Assembly (NCBI GenBank): GCA_045535815.1
Contig: JAZSMJ010000006.1
Location: 5,430-69,429, forward strand
Reading direction: 5' to 3'
DNA: 64,000 bases
From: Eubacteriales bacterium
Lineage (GTDB): Bacteria; Bacillota; Clostridia; Oscillospirales; CAG-272
Positions 33,317-44,144 of this stretch are shown piece after piece (the first letter of the stretch is position 1; each line of letters starts with the position of its first letter). Below the pieces are notes generated by a model. That model searched no databases. It was not told where the DNA came from and worked only from the letters and a program-made list of their open reading frames with translations. The position numbers and the translations under genes were made by a program.

Positions 33317-33901
33317 TTAAGGACGCTTATCTATAACCTTGTCGACGAGACCGTAGTTTAAAGCTTCCTGTGCAGTCATAAAGTTATCACGCTCGGTATC
33401 CTTTTCAATCTTTTCAAGGGGCTTGCCTGTGTTTTCGGCAAGAATACCGTTCAGCTTATTCTTCATACGAATAATGCGGTCTGCGTGTATCTTTATGTCT
33501 GTAGCCTGACCCTGCATTCCTCCGAGAGGCTGGTGGATCATGATTTCACTGTTGGGAAGTGCGAGGCGCTTTCCTTTTGCTCCTGCGGAAAGGAGAAATG
33601 CGCCCATGCTTGCCGCCATACCTATACAGATAGTGGAAACGTCGCACTTAATAAAGTTCATTGTGTCGTATATTGCCATTCCTGCGGTAATTGATCCGCC
33701 GGGGCTGTTGATGTAAAGATGGATATCCTTTTCGGGATCCTGTGCTTCAAGGAAGAGAAGCTGTGCAACTACGAGAGATGCGGTAACGTCATTTACTTCA
33801 TCGGAAAGAAAAACTATTCTGTCGTTAAGAAGTCTCGAATATATATCGTATGCACGTTCACCTCTGTTGGTGGTTTCAATAACGGTTGGTACAAGAGCCA
33901 T
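33317..33901 (-). CDS. clpP: Clp protease proteolytic subunit
   Basis: DIYSRLL, INSPGG, AASMGA and MIHQP motifs. Confidence 0.98.
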   Translation of the reverse strand: MALVPTVIETTNRGERAYDIYSRLLNDRIVFLSDEVNDVTASLVVAQLLFLEAQDPEKDIHLYINSPGGSITAGMAIYDTMNFIKCDVSTICIGMAASMGAFLLSAGAKGKRLALPNSEIMIHQPLGGMQGQATDIKIHADRIIRMKNKLNGILAENTGKPLEKIEKDTERDNFMTAQEALNYGLVDKVIDKRP

Positions 33902-33976
33902 AATAAATACTCCTTTCGCAATAAGTATTTGCTGTGTTTAAAATAAAAATAATGCTATGAACAGAGAAACCGAAGA

Positions 33977-35500
33977 TTATTCTTCGGTTTTCTTTGTTGT
34001 AGTTTTCTTAGTTGTTGTCTTTTTAGCTGCAGGCTTCTTTTCTGTAGCTTCGCCCTCAGCCTTTGCTGTGGAAGCCTTTGTAGTCTTCTTAGCGGGCTTT
34101 TCTGCTGCTTCAACCTTATCAGCGTCTGCTTTAGCAGTTGTCTTCTTTGCAGTTGTTGTGGTCTTCTTTGTTGTTGTCTTCTTGGGAGATGCCTTCTTAG
34201 GAGCTTCGGAAGCCTCTGCAACGTCGGTTATCTTTGCGTTATTCTTGATGAATTCAATAGTCTTGCGAGCAGAAATATCCTTTGCAAGAGCTTCAGCCTC
34301 AAGAGAAGCCTTAACGTCCTTAACTTCCATATTGTAGGACTTAGCTATAGTTTCATATTCAGCTTCGATATCAGCTTCAGTTGCTTCGATCTTTTCAAGC
34401 TCAGCAATCTTTTCAACTGCAAGGCGAACCTTAACCTGACGCTCAGCCTCAGGCTTAACTTCTTCTCTCATTGAATCAAGGGTCATACCTGTGTACTGGA
34501 GATATGCATTGAGGTCAAGACCCTGCATTCTGAGTCTGTAATCACGGTCACGAATAATGTTTTCAGCTTCAGCTTCAATCATCGGAGCAGGAATGTCAGC
34601 TGTGAGATTTGCTATAAGAGCATCAATAAGGCTTCCTTCCATTGCCATTTCAGCCTGGGACTTGTTCTTTTCTTCAAGTTTTGCCTTTATATCTGCTTTA
34701 TATTCATCAAGCGTATCGAATTCAGAAACATCCTTTGCGAATTCGTCATCGATCTCGGGAAGCTGAGTATAAGAAATGGAATGAACCTTGCACTTAAATA
34801 CAGCGGGCTTGCCTGCAAGCTCCTTTGCGCCGTATTCTTCGGGGAAGGTAACGTTTACGTCGAAATCCTCACCTATGTTCTTGCCAACTATCTGATCTTC
34901 AAATCCGGGAATAAACGTGCCTGATCCAACTGTAAGGGAATACTTTTCAGCCTTACCGCCGTCAAACTGCTTGCCGTCTGTATATCCGTCAAAATCGAGA
35001 GCAATGGTATCGCCGTTCTGAACGGGTCTGTCTGTAACCTCAATAGATCTTGAGTTACGGTTCTGAACTCTCTTGAGCTCTTCTTCAACGTCAGCGTCTG
35101 TAACGGGCTTTGTTACACGCTCAACCTCAATGCCCTTATAGTTCTTTATTTCAACTTCGGGCTTTACGTAGAATGTTGCTTTAACTTCAACACCCTCGTC
35201 ATTGATATCTGTTATCTCGAAATCAGGACGGCTTACCGCCTCTTTGCCTGCCTCTTTAGCAGCTGCGTCAAAAGCGTCGGGAAGAAGATTGTTTATTGCA
35301 TCTTCATAGAAAACTCCCTTACCGTAGAGCTTTTCGATGATAGCCTTAGGAGCCTTACCCTTTCTGAATCCGGGGATGTTCATCTTGGAAACATTTTTCT
35401 TGTAAACCTTAACGGTTTCTGCCTCGAATGTAGCCTTATCGATAGTAAATTCTATCTCAACGACATTCTTTTCTGTGTTTTCAACTTTTTTCAAAGTCAT
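33977..35500 (-). CDS. tig: Trigger factor with a long basic K/T/A-rich C-terminal tail
   Basis: GFRKGKAP and FIPGFEDQ motifs; tig-clpP-clpX order; start at MTLKK after GGAGG. Confidence 0.97.
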   Translation of the reverse strand: MTLKKVENTEKNVVEIEFTIDKATFEAETVKVYKKNVSKMNIPGFRKGKAPKAIIEKLYGKGVFYEDAINNLLPDAFDAAAKEAGKEAVSRPDFEITDINDEGVEVKATFYVKPEVEIKNYKGIEVERVTKPVTDADVEEELKRVQNRNSRSIEVTDRPVQNGDTIALDFDGYTDGKQFDGGKAEKYSLTVGSGTFIPGFEDQIVGKNIGEDFDVNVTFPEEYGAKELAGKPAVFKCKVHSISYTQLPEIDDEFAKDVSEFDTLDEYKADIKAKLEEKNKSQAEMAMEGSLIDALIANLTADIPAPMIEAEAENIIRDRDYRLRMQGLDLNAYLQYTGMTLDSMREEVKPEAERQVKVRLAVEKIAELEKIEATEADIEAEYETIAKSYNMEVKDVKASLEAEALAKDISARKTIEFIKNNAKITDVAEASEAPKKASPKKTTTKKTTTTAKKTTAKADADKVEAAEKPAKKTTKASTAKAEGEATEKKPAAKKTTTKKTTTKKTEE

Positions 35501-35612
35501 TTTGGAATTCCTCCTGAATATAAATCTTAACAATATTTATTCAAATATATATAATAGCAGTTTTTTTTTACAAAGTCAATGAAAATCGGTTAATTTTTTA
35601 ACTTCTTCCTTT

Positions 35613-36323
35613 TTAGACTGATTTTTCCACTAAAAGAGGTGTAAAATTGAGATAATCTGCCGAAACAATGGTAAAGGATATGCCTTCAAAATCAAATACC
35701 GGCGGTATATCGTAAACTCCGTGTATATGTCCGTAGAAGCATCGAGTGATACCGTACTCATGAAGAAGATCGACTATTTCTCTGCACACGTAATTGTTTA
35801 GCACCGGAGGAAAATGAAGAAAAACAAGCTTTTCGCTGTTTTTACTGTCCTTGACTGCATCGAAGCTTATCTTTAAACGCAAGACCTCACGGTTAACGAT
35901 TTTTTTATAGTCTGTATCTTTGGGGGCGTTCTTTTCTTCGTAAAACCAGCCTCTTGATCCGCATATATCAAAGCCTTGATATTTATGTGCATTGTTATAT
36001 AGCATTTTTATGGTTGTAATGCCGTTTTGATCAAAGAACGCTTGAGTTTTTGAAGCAGTCTCCCACCAAAAATCATGGTTACCTTTGCCGATGATCTTTG
36101 TGCCCGGAAGGGAATCGAGAAAGAGAAGGTCTTTCTTGGCTCCTTCAAGCGACATTGCCCAGGAAATATCTCCGGGTATAACAACGGTGTCATCGTCTGT
36201 TATAATGCTTCTCCAACCCATATCCAATTTTTCAACATAATTGTGCCATCTGTTGCCGAAAACATCCATAGGCTTATTATCGGAAAGGGACAGATGGGTA
36301 TCAGAAAGTACAAAAAGTGACAT
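35613..36323 (-). CDS. Calcineurin-like metallophosphoesterase
   Basis: SDTH, PGDISW, GNHD, HFPP and GHIH motifs. Confidence 0.9.
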   Translation of the reverse strand: MSLFVLSDTHLSLSDNKPMDVFGNRWHNYVEKLDMGWRSIITDDDTVVIPGDISWAMSLEGAKKDLLFLDSLPGTKIIGKGNHDFWWETASKTQAFFDQNGITTIKMLYNNAHKYQGFDICGSRGWFYEEKNAPKDTDYKKIVNREVLRLKISFDAVKDSKNSEKLVFLHFPPVLNNYVCREIVDLLHEYGITRCFYGHIHGVYDIPPVFDFEGISFTIVSADYLNFTPLLVEKSV

Positions 36324-36426
36324 TTTGATCTCCTGAAAAGCAATTAAAAGAATATATGATACGTATAAAAAAACGTCCGAGAGGGAAAATAAAATATGAA
36401 CCCAACAAAAAAACAAGGAGAATTAT

Positions 36427-36621
36427 ATGGGATTATTTGATTTTACCTCAAGCGGAGACGGTACTCCGAAGCATATTAAAGGGATAAGCTGTGACGTTAA
36501 AAACTGTGCGTATCATGACGGTGACAGTTACTGCACGGCAGACAAGATATCGGTAGGACCGCAAAATGCAGTTTCATGTACCGATACCGTCTGCGCAACG
36601 TTTAAGCCTAAAAATTTTTAA
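36427..36621 (+). CDS. DUF1540-like small Cys-rich protein
   Basis: CDVKNCAYH...CTADKI...CATF pattern; AAGGAG RBS. Confidence 0.8.
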   Translation: MGLFDFTSSGDGTPKHIKGISCDVKNCAYHDGDSYCTADKISVGPQNAVSCTDTVCATFKPKNF

Positions 36622-38105
36622 ATACCGAGAGTAGTGTATACTTCTTTCAGCATATCTTCCGCTTTGATTGCGTTATCCGGATCAAAGCGGATCTTTTTGT
36701 TTCCTATAGCGGAAATGGGTGTAGGAACTTCGGTTTGTGATATCTCGTTAAGCTTTGAGATAGCTTCAAATTCGTCTGCGGGGATCTCTCCGCCAAGGGA
36801 CGAAAGAACGCTGGGGGAGAACTTATAGGGGCTTGCTGTCGAAACAACGAGCATAGGAGTGCTGTCACCTGTGCTTTCGATAAATTTATCGGAACAGCCG
36901 AGAGCAACTGCAGTGTGAGTATCTATAAGATAGTTATACTTTTTAAAGGTATTATTAATAACTGATGCTGTTTCAGATTCATCACAGCAAAGTCCGGTAA
37001 ATTCAGCATCGAGCTTTGCCTTGAGGGCTGCAGATATCTCATACTTTCCGTCTTCCGAAAGCTTTTTCATGTATGACGCAGTTGTTTCAGAATCGGAAAG
37101 AAGCCATATCAAACGCTCAAGGTTACTTGAAATAAGAATATCCATTGAAGGCGACATGGTGGTATAGAAATCACGGCGACGGTTGTAAACACCGTTTGTG
37201 AAAAAGTCTGTAAGAACGTTGTTTTTATTTGAAGCACAAACGAAGCGTTTAACGGGAAGTCCCATCTGCTTAGCAATGTATCCTGCAAATATATTTCCGA
37301 AATTACCGGTAGGTACGCAAACGTTGATCTCATCACCGAGCTTTACCGTACCCGCATTAAACATATCGCAATATGCCGAAATGTAATAAACTATCTGCGG
37401 AACAAGTCTACCCCAGTTTATAGAATTTGCACTTGACAAGAAGTAATTGTTACTGTTAAGTATATCAGCTGCTTCAGCATCGGAGAATATACGCTTAACT
37501 CCGTTTTGAGCATCGTCAAAGTTACCGATAACAGATGCGACCTTAACGTTTTCGCCCTCCTGTGTTGCCATCTGGAGCTTCTGTATACGGCTGACTCCGT
37601 TTACAGGGTAGAATACTATGATTTTAACCTGGTCTGCATCCTTATATCCTTCAAGCGCAGCTTTGCCGGTATCTCCCGACGTGGCTACGAGTATAACTGC
37701 AGTTCTGTCTTCGCCCGTCTTTTTTAATGCTCTTGACAAAAGCTTGGGCATTATCTGAAGCGCCATATCCTTGAAAGCGCAGGTAGGTCCGTGCCAGAGC
37801 TCAAGAATTGACGTTGTATCGTTTAACTTCTTAACCGGAGCCGCACCGCCGGGGAATCTGTCTTCAGCGTATGCAGAAGTGCAATCCTCGAGCAGCTCCT
37901 CATAAGTATAATCAGATAAAAACATTGAAAGGATCTTTGCGGCTCTTTCGTTATATCTGAGCTTTGCAAGTTCTTCAATATTATTCAACGTGATCTTGGG
38001 GAGCTGAGTCGGCATAAATAAACCGCCGTCAGATGCAAGACCTTTTTTAATTGCCTGAGCGGAAAGAAGCTCCGCCTTATCTCCTCTTGTGCTTACATAA
38101 ATCAT
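36618..38105 (-). CDS. thrC: Threonine synthase
   Basis: YVSTRG, HGPTCAFKD, ATSGDTG, NSINWGR and PTGNFGN motifs. Confidence 0.97.
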   Translation of the reverse strand: MIYVSTRGDKAELLSAQAIKKGLASDGGLFMPTQLPKITLNNIEELAKLRYNERAAKILSMFLSDYTYEELLEDCTSAYAEDRFPGGAAPVKKLNDTTSILELWHGPTCAFKDMALQIMPKLLSRALKKTGEDRTAVILVATSGDTGKAALEGYKDADQVKIIVFYPVNGVSRIQKLQMATQEGENVKVASVIGNFDDAQNGVKRIFSDAEAADILNSNNYFLSSANSINWGRLVPQIVYYISAYCDMFNAGTVKLGDEINVCVPTGNFGNIFAGYIAKQMGLPVKRFVCASNKNNVLTDFFTNGVYNRRRDFYTTMSPSMDILISSNLERLIWLLSDSETTASYMKKLSEDGKYEISAALKAKLDAEFTGLCCDESETASVINNTFKKYNYLIDTHTAVALGCSDKFIESTGDSTPMLVVSTASPYKFSPSVLSSLGGEIPADEFEAISKLNEISQTEVPTPISAIGNKKIRFDPDNAIKAEDMLKEVYTTLGI

Positions 38106-39028
38106 TTTAATCTATTCCTCATTATAAAATTATTTGCGTTTTTATAAAAAATCTTTTCTACAGCATCTTGGCTGTAATGCTTTAACATTTCCTCATATAT
38201 GTAAGATATGCTTTCAATTCCGTTTATTCCGCTTGGCTTTGTATCAATACCGTCAAAGTCGCATCCGAAGCATAAAATATCCTCTCCACCAAGGGAAAGA
38301 TAATGCTCGATATGCCTTAAAACGTCAGTGACATCGACCGAAATACCGATAGCATCTCCGTTTTCCTTTAAATGCTGTGGAGCCATACTGATTCCAACAA
38401 GACCGCCACAGGCCTTTACGGTTAAAAACATATCGTCGGTCAAATTGCGTGAATGCTCGCATACCGTGCGAGAGTTTGAATGTGTCGCAACAAACGGCTT
38501 ATGCCTTTCTTTTGATATTTCTGCGGTTTGGTAAAACATTTTATCGGATGCGTGCGACACGTCTGGTATTATACCGATATCAAAGCATTGATCTAAAACC
38601 TTAAATCCAAAATCGGTAAATCCACTTGAAACGTTATGAGCACCGCCTATACAGCACTCATCCTGCCATACAAGCGTAAGAAATCTTACGCCTTTTTCAA
38701 ACAGCGTGTTTAATCTTTCAATCTTTCCGGACAAAAGCTTTCCGCCTTCTACGGCAAGAATATAAGAAAAATTCTTATGTTCCGAGGCAAAAGCCGTCAG
38801 CTCTTTTTCGGTATGATCAAGAATATTTATAAACTGTTCAAACGCTTGATCTTCGGAAAGGTTATGCTTGCTCCAAACCGCCAATATCTGAGTATATTGA
38901 TCAAGCACGGGTATGCTTGAAAATGAGATATCAAGTGACTTATCATACAGTGATATCCTGTCAGTATAAGCTTTGTAAAGGGTGTCGCAATGCAGATCGA
39001 AATACTTAATATGCTTAGCGTGTATCAT
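38102..39028 (-). CDS. Membrane dipeptidase family (M19) protein
   Basis: DLHCD, DVSH, THSN and GCDFDG motifs. Confidence 0.9.
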   Translation of the reverse strand: MIHAKHIKYFDLHCDTLYKAYTDRISLYDKSLDISFSSIPVLDQYTQILAVWSKHNLSEDQAFEQFINILDHTEKELTAFASEHKNFSYILAVEGGKLLSGKIERLNTLFEKGVRFLTLVWQDECCIGGAHNVSSGFTDFGFKVLDQCFDIGIIPDVSHASDKMFYQTAEISKERHKPFVATHSNSRTVCEHSRNLTDDMFLTVKACGGLVGISMAPQHLKENGDAIGISVDVTDVLRHIEHYLSLGGEDILCFGCDFDGIDTKPSGINGIESISYIYEEMLKHYSQDAVEKIFYKNANNFIMRNRLK

Positions 39029-39447
39029 TTTCCGTTTTCTCCAAAAGCGCCCTCAAAATACTCAATGCGATAGTTTGGTTTATCTTCGGTTGAGTCAGGT
39101 TGTATATAAACCTCGCAAACGTCTATTCTGGGGCATTTTATTGAAGGGAAGTATCTTAGATAGGTCTTGATAGAGAAAAGCATATGCTGTCTTTTTTGCG
39201 CATTGACTGCCTTTGAGGGCCGACCGTATTTGCTCATAGCATCAGAGACCGTTCTCGCCTTCACTTCGACAAAAATAATATATTGGGCGTTTTCGGCAAT
39301 TATGTCGAGCTCTCCGTGTGATGTGTAATAGTTCCTGCGTACTATCTTATAGCCGTTTTTTACTAAATAATCGCAGACCCATCCCTCACATATGTTTCCT
39401 ATAGCACGGTGGCTCTTATTTTTAAAGCCGTTATTTGAGATACTCAT
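39025..39447 (-). CDS. YraN/UPF0102 family protein
   Basis: GELDIIA and FVEVKAR motifs; next to rnhB. Confidence 0.9.
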   Translation of the reverse strand: MSISNNGFKNKSHRAIGNICEGWVCDYLVKNGYKIVRRNYYTSHGELDIIAENAQYIIFVEVKARTVSDAMSKYGRPSKAVNAQKRQHMLFSIKTYLRYFPSIKCPRIDVCEVYIQPDSTEDKPNYRIEYFEGAFGENGK

Positions 39448-40052
39448 CAGTTATCCTTATCAAGAAACTTCAGAAAAGTTTTTCTGTGTATAGGAAGCAC
39501 TCCGTATGTACGGATAGCATTCATATGATCCTTTGTCGGATAGCCCTTATGCTTTGCAAATCCGTATTCGGGATATTTTTCGTCAAACTCAATAAGCAGT
39601 CTGTCTCTTGCGACCTTGGCAAGAACCGAGGCTGCGGCAATGCTTTGAGATTTAGCATCTCCGCCTATAACGGGGATTGCTTTTATAGGAAAGTCTCTTG
39701 CTATATTTCCGTCAACAAGAACGAGATCGGGGGTGGGAGTAAGCTCCGATACTGCTCGTCTCATTGCGAGCTGAGCTGCATTTAAAATATTTAAGCTATC
39801 TATTTCTTCAACTGTAGCAAACCGTATGGAATATGATACTGCCGACTCTTTAATAACGTCAAAAAGATATTCACGTTTTTTCTCTGACAGCTTTTTGGAA
39901 TCGTTAAGGCCGTCAATAATTAATCCCTCGGGAAGGATAACCGCAGCAGCTGATACGGGACCTGCAAGAGGGCCTCTTCCTGCCTCATCAGTGCCTGAAA
40001 CGATACCGTACCCGTCGCTTATAAACTGTTTTTCAAAATCAAGATCAAGCAT
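39447..40052 (-). CDS. rnhB: Ribonuclease HII
   Basis: GTDEAGRGPLAGP, DSKKL, AAASVLAKV and HKGY motifs. Confidence 0.97.
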   Translation of the reverse strand: MLDLDFEKQFISDGYGIVSGTDEAGRGPLAGPVSAAAVILPEGLIIDGLNDSKKLSEKKREYLFDVIKESAVSYSIRFATVEEIDSLNILNAAQLAMRRAVSELTPTPDLVLVDGNIARDFPIKAIPVIGGDAKSQSIAAASVLAKVARDRLLIEFDEKYPEYGFAKHKGYPTKDHMNAIRTYGVLPIHRKTFLKFLDKDN

Positions 40053-40914
40053 TTGGCACCTCAAGCGAGATCCTGCCTATTTTAGCTCCTCTGAATTCAT
40101 CAAGAAGCACTGCCGCAGTTCTCTCGTAATTTATTTCACCGCCCGATATAAGAAAACCTCTTTTTCTGCCGATAGCTTCAAAAAGCTCCCAATCCTGAAG
40201 ATCCTCGTACTGAGACATATCTCCTAACTTGTATCTTTCGGATAAAAGCTCAGGATAGCTTTTTCTTAATCTTCCGCAAAGAATAATTGCAATGCTTTCA
40301 GTATCGAGAATATTATCCTTGATTGCACCGGTAACGGCAAGATTTTCTCCAACGGTCTGATCTTCAAATTTAGGCCACAGAACTCCGGGCATATCCATAA
40401 GCGTAAGCCCAACGTTTGTCGGGATCCACTGCTTATTAACGGTGACACCAGGTCTATCCTCGACCCTTGCTTTTTTAGATCCGGCAAGGCGGTTTATCAA
40501 GGATGATTTTCCAACATTAGGAATTCCGACTACCATAGCTTTGAGCGAACGTCCCGTCATACCCTTGGATTCGTAGCGTTCAACCTTTTCTGACAGAAGG
40601 GAACGCACCGCCTCCGGTATATCATCCATACCTGCACCGGTAACACTGTCAATAAATATGCAACTGCGAGAGCTTTTTTGATAATAGTTTCTCCATCTGT
40701 TGCTGACCGAAGGATCAGCAAGCGAGGATTTGCTTAAAACGGTAAGAAGCGGTTTGTTTTCTGTAAGCTTCATTATTTCAGGGTTTTCGGAGCTTTGAGG
40801 TATTCTTGCGTCAAGAACCTCGATAACAACGTCTACCAAAGATAGATTCTCTTTAATGAGACGTCTTGTTTTAGCCATATGCCCCGGGAACCACTGTATA
40901 TTTTGAGAAGGCAT
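40045..40914 (-). CDS. ylqF: Ribosome biogenesis GTPase YlqF/RbgA
   Basis: IQWFPGHMAK, DARIP, GIPNVGKS and DMPG motifs. Confidence 0.96.
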   Translation of the reverse strand: MPSQNIQWFPGHMAKTRRLIKENLSLVDVVIEVLDARIPQSSENPEIMKLTENKPLLTVLSKSSLADPSVSNRWRNYYQKSSRSCIFIDSVTGAGMDDIPEAVRSLLSEKVERYESKGMTGRSLKAMVVGIPNVGKSSLINRLAGSKKARVEDRPGVTVNKQWIPTNVGLTLMDMPGVLWPKFEDQTVGENLAVTGAIKDNILDTESIAIILCGRLRKSYPELLSERYKLGDMSQYEDLQDWELFEAIGRKRGFLISGGEINYERTAAVLLDEFRGAKIGRISLEVPNA

Positions 40915-40935
40915 TTTATATGTCCTTTCAGAGAT

Positions 40936-41523
40936 TCAGTTATATAATGATCCGAACTTGCTTAATGGGAATATACGGAAATTTGCTTTTCCGACAACGT
41001 ATCTCTCGTCAATAAATCCAACGTCTGAGCTTCTGCTGTCAAGAGAGCCGTTTCTGTTATCTCCCATAACGAAAAGAGTATCATCCGGAACTGTAAACGT
41101 TTCCGGCAGGTAGTTTGACGGGTTCATAATCTTGCCGAGGATATAATTTATATAATCCTCCTCGAGCGTTATGCCGTCAACGGTGACCTTCCAGTTAAAA
41201 TAGTCGATGGTGACCTCTTGACCTTCGGTTGCAATTACTCTTTTGATAATAGGCTCGTCAAAGCCGAGCGGCTTTGATTGAGCAACGATAATATCGCCCT
41301 GCTTGGGAGTATAGAGCAGATCTGAAATTATAAGAACGTCGTTTTCTTCAAGTGTAGGTACCATGGAAGAGCCTACGACCGGAGAATGTCGTGCAATAAA
41401 CGTTATTATCAGAAATACAACGGTAAATGAAACGGCAAATAATTCGATCCATTCAAAGATTCCGGTAACAGCGCTTGATAAGCGTTTGCTGTTCGTTTCT
41501 TTGTTTTCTGAGCAGTTGTTCAT
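40936..41523 (-). CDS. lepB: Signal peptidase I
   Basis: SMVPTL, IKRVIA and MGDNRNGSLDSR motifs. Confidence 0.95.
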   Translation of the reverse strand: MNNCSENKETNSKRLSSAVTGIFEWIELFAVSFTVVFLIITFIARHSPVVGSSMVPTLEENDVLIISDLLYTPKQGDIIVAQSKPLGFDEPIIKRVIATEGQEVTIDYFNWKVTVDGITLEEDYINYILGKIMNPSNYLPETFTVPDDTLFVMGDNRNGSLDSRSSDVGFIDERYVVGKANFRIFPLSKFGSLYN

Positions 41524-41536
41524 AATAAAGCTCCTT

Positions 41537-42733
41537 TTATTTGATCATATAACTGAGAAGATCGTATCCGTTTGGAATATAAAGACCTGCTTTTTCAGCA
41601 TCATCCTCGCAGAAGCAATCGATTCCGTTGCTTTCTTCATTGCTCGAATAAATTATAAACGGTACGGGCTCGCTTGAATGTGTGCGCAGGCAAATGGGTG
41701 TAGGATGATCGGGAAGAATAAGAATCTTGAAATCTTCACCGCTATTCTTTAAATACTCGTAAACAGGTGCAAGTATCTTCTTGTCGATAAGCTCTATGGA
41801 AAGAACCTTGTTTTCAAGCTCGTGTCTGTGACCGCACTCATCCGGAGCTTCAACGTGGATGTAAACGAAGTCACGACCTCGTTTGAAAGCATCTATAGCA
41901 GCATCAGCCTTGCCCTTGTAGTTAGTGTGAACGTTTCCGGTTGCACCCTCTACGTCTATAGATTCGAGACCGGCGCATATGCCTATACCCTTGATAAGAT
42001 CGACAGCGGAAATTACCGTACCGTCAAGCCCCCATTTTTCTTTGAAGCAGGGAAGAGCGGGCTTCTTACCGGGGCTCCAGAACCATGCAGAGTTTGCAGG
42101 CTTTAATCCTCTTTTGCGTCTAGCTTCATTTACGGGATGATTTGAAAGGATCTCGTAGCTCCTTTTCATCATTGAAAGGAAGGGCTCGGGCGGAAGATTG
42201 TCGCCTATGCATTTACCGATTATATCGTGAGGACGCATAAAGTCCTTAAAATCGGGTGCGTTTTTCCAGATAAGGCAGTGTCGGTAGCTTACTCCCGTGT
42301 AAAACTTCTTTATTTCATCTCCGAGCGCTTCATCAAGTGCACGAATAAGCTCATCTGCCTCGGGGGTGGTTATTTCATCTGCACTGTGGTCTATCATCAG
42401 CTTCTGCTCGTAAGGAGTATCGTCATCCGATACTGTAACGACGTTGCATCTGAAGGCAGTTTCATCGGGCTGCATATCTATCCCCATGCTTACAGCCTCA
42501 AGCGGAGAGCGCCCCTTGGAATATATTTTGGGATCATAGGAAAGAACTGCAATATTGGCAGTATCGCTTTCGGGCACCATGCCGTTTGGAACGTTGAGAA
42601 CAGTTCCTGCAAGAGACGTCTTTGCAAGCATATCAGTTGTAGGCTTATCGGCCACCTGAAGCGGAGTTTTTCCTCCGAGCTCATCTATTTTATAATCTGC
42701 AGCTCCGTCACAGAGCAACACCAAGTATTTCAT
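41537..42733 (-). CDS. Cofactor-independent phosphoglycerate mutase family (ApgM-type)
   Basis: DGAAD, PESD, GRSPLEA, SAVDLIKG, HVEAPDECGH and PDHPTP motifs. Confidence 0.9.
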   Translation of the reverse strand: MKYLVLLCDGAADYKIDELGGKTPLQVADKPTTDMLAKTSLAGTVLNVPNGMVPESDTANIAVLSYDPKIYSKGRSPLEAVSMGIDMQPDETAFRCNVVTVSDDDTPYEQKLMIDHSADEITTPEADELIRALDEALGDEIKKFYTGVSYRHCLIWKNAPDFKDFMRPHDIIGKCIGDNLPPEPFLSMMKRSYEILSNHPVNEARRKRGLKPANSAWFWSPGKKPALPCFKEKWGLDGTVISAVDLIKGIGICAGLESIDVEGATGNVHTNYKGKADAAIDAFKRGRDFVYIHVEAPDECGHRHELENKVLSIELIDKKILAPVYEYLKNSGEDFKILILPDHPTPICLRTHSSEPVPFIIYSSNEESNGIDCFCEDDAEKAGLYIPNGYDLLSYMIK

Positions 42734-42912
42734 ATTTAAAACTCCTAACAAGTAGTATTATTATTAATAATATATTATATCATATACTCTTGCGATTAGC
42801 AAGCAATTTTTTACTATAAAATTAAGTTTTCCAAAAATAACAAATTCTTCTTGTAAAATTATGAAAGAAGTCATATAATATATAATAGTATCCTCGATAT
42901 GGAGGTTTCGTA

Positions 42913-43509
42913 GTGATAACACTTGGAATAACGGGCGGAATCGGAAGCGGAAAAAGCTATATAGCAAAAAAGTTTGCCTCTCTCGGAATAATGGGAATAG
43001 ATACTGACCGTGTATCAAAAGAGATATATCTCAGCGGCAAGCCTTGTTACCGTGAGCTTTTGGATTTTTTCGGACAAGAAATATTGTCGCCTGACGGTGA
43101 GATATCAAGGCCTAAGCTTTCAGAGATAGTTTTCTCGGATGACGCAAAAAGAAAAAAGTTAAACGAAATTACGCATAAATATATTCTTGACGAATGCCGA
43201 GCTTTCCTTTCTGAAAGGGCAAAAAGCGGTGACAAGGTAGCATACGTTGAAGCTCCGCTTCTTTATGAAAGCGGATTTGATAAAGAATGTGACTTCGTTT
43301 GTGCGGTTATTGCAGATGAAGATGCAAGAATTCACCGTATAGTAAAGCGTGACGGTATAAGCGCACAAGAGGCTAAGTTAAAAATACAAAAACAAAAATC
43401 GAATGATTTTTTTAGGAAAAATGCAGATTTTGTGATAGAAAACGGTCTTCATCAAGAGGTTGAAGATTCAGTTCGTGAAGTCTTGAACCAAATATTGACC
43501 GAGCGGTAA
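42913..43509 (+). CDS. coaE: Dephospho-CoA kinase
   Basis: GITGGIGSGKS and PLLYE motifs. Confidence 0.93.
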   Translation: MITLGITGGIGSGKSYIAKKFASLGIMGIDTDRVSKEIYLSGKPCYRELLDFFGQEILSPDGEISRPKLSEIVFSDDAKRKKLNEITHKYILDECRAFLSERAKSGDKVAYVEAPLLYESGFDKECDFVCAVIADEDARIHRIVKRDGISAQEAKLKIQKQKSNDFFRKNADFVIENGLHQEVEDSVREVLNQILTER

Positions 43510-43513
43510 TTTA

Positions 43514-44116
43514 ATGATTGCACCATCCTACAGAAAGCATATTTTAACCGTAATAACGGTGCTAATATTTCTTGCATTAACGACCGTTGCAGCCGTGCTT
43601 TTCGGCAACATCAAGCAAGCTGTTGAAATTAAGATGTATCCAATACATTACAGCAGTCTTGTTGAAAAATATTCAAAAGAATACGACGTTCCGCCCCACC
43701 TTGTTTATGCTGTTATAAAAACGGAGAGCTCTTTTTCAAAGGATGCGCTATCACATGCAGGTGCTATTGGACTTATGCAGATAACCGAGGATACGTTTTA
43801 TTGGCTTGAGGGCAAAACGGGAGACGAGTATCCGCTTGATATGCTGTATGACAGTGAGGTCAATATCCGATACGGAGTATTTTTGCTTTCTATACTTTAT
43901 GACCGCTTCGGCACGTGGAGCACATCATGCGCTGCATATAATGCAGGGATGAACAGAGTCAGCACTTGGCTTGATGACAAAAGGTATTCCTCTGACGGAA
44001 TTACTCTTCATAACATACCGATAGAAGAAACCAAAAACTATATTAAAAAAGTAAAAGCTGCCCTTGATATGTATGAAAAGCTTTACTGTTCAAGTGGCTG
44101 TATTGAATGGAAATAA
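43514..44116 (+). CDS. Lytic transglycosylase (SLT domain)
   Basis: N-terminal TM, IKTESSF, GLMQI, AAYNAG and ETKNY; usual neighbour of coaE. Confidence 0.92.
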   Translation: MIAPSYRKHILTVITVLIFLALTTVAAVLFGNIKQAVEIKMYPIHYSSLVEKYSKEYDVPPHLVYAVIKTESSFSKDALSHAGAIGLMQITEDTFYWLEGKTGDEYPLDMLYDSEVNIRYGVFLLSILYDRFGTWSTSCAAYNAGMNRVSTWLDDKRYSSDGITLHNIPIEETKNYIKKVKAALDMYEKLYCSSGCIEWK

Positions 44117-44144
44117 AAATAATCACATATAAGGAGAAAAAATC

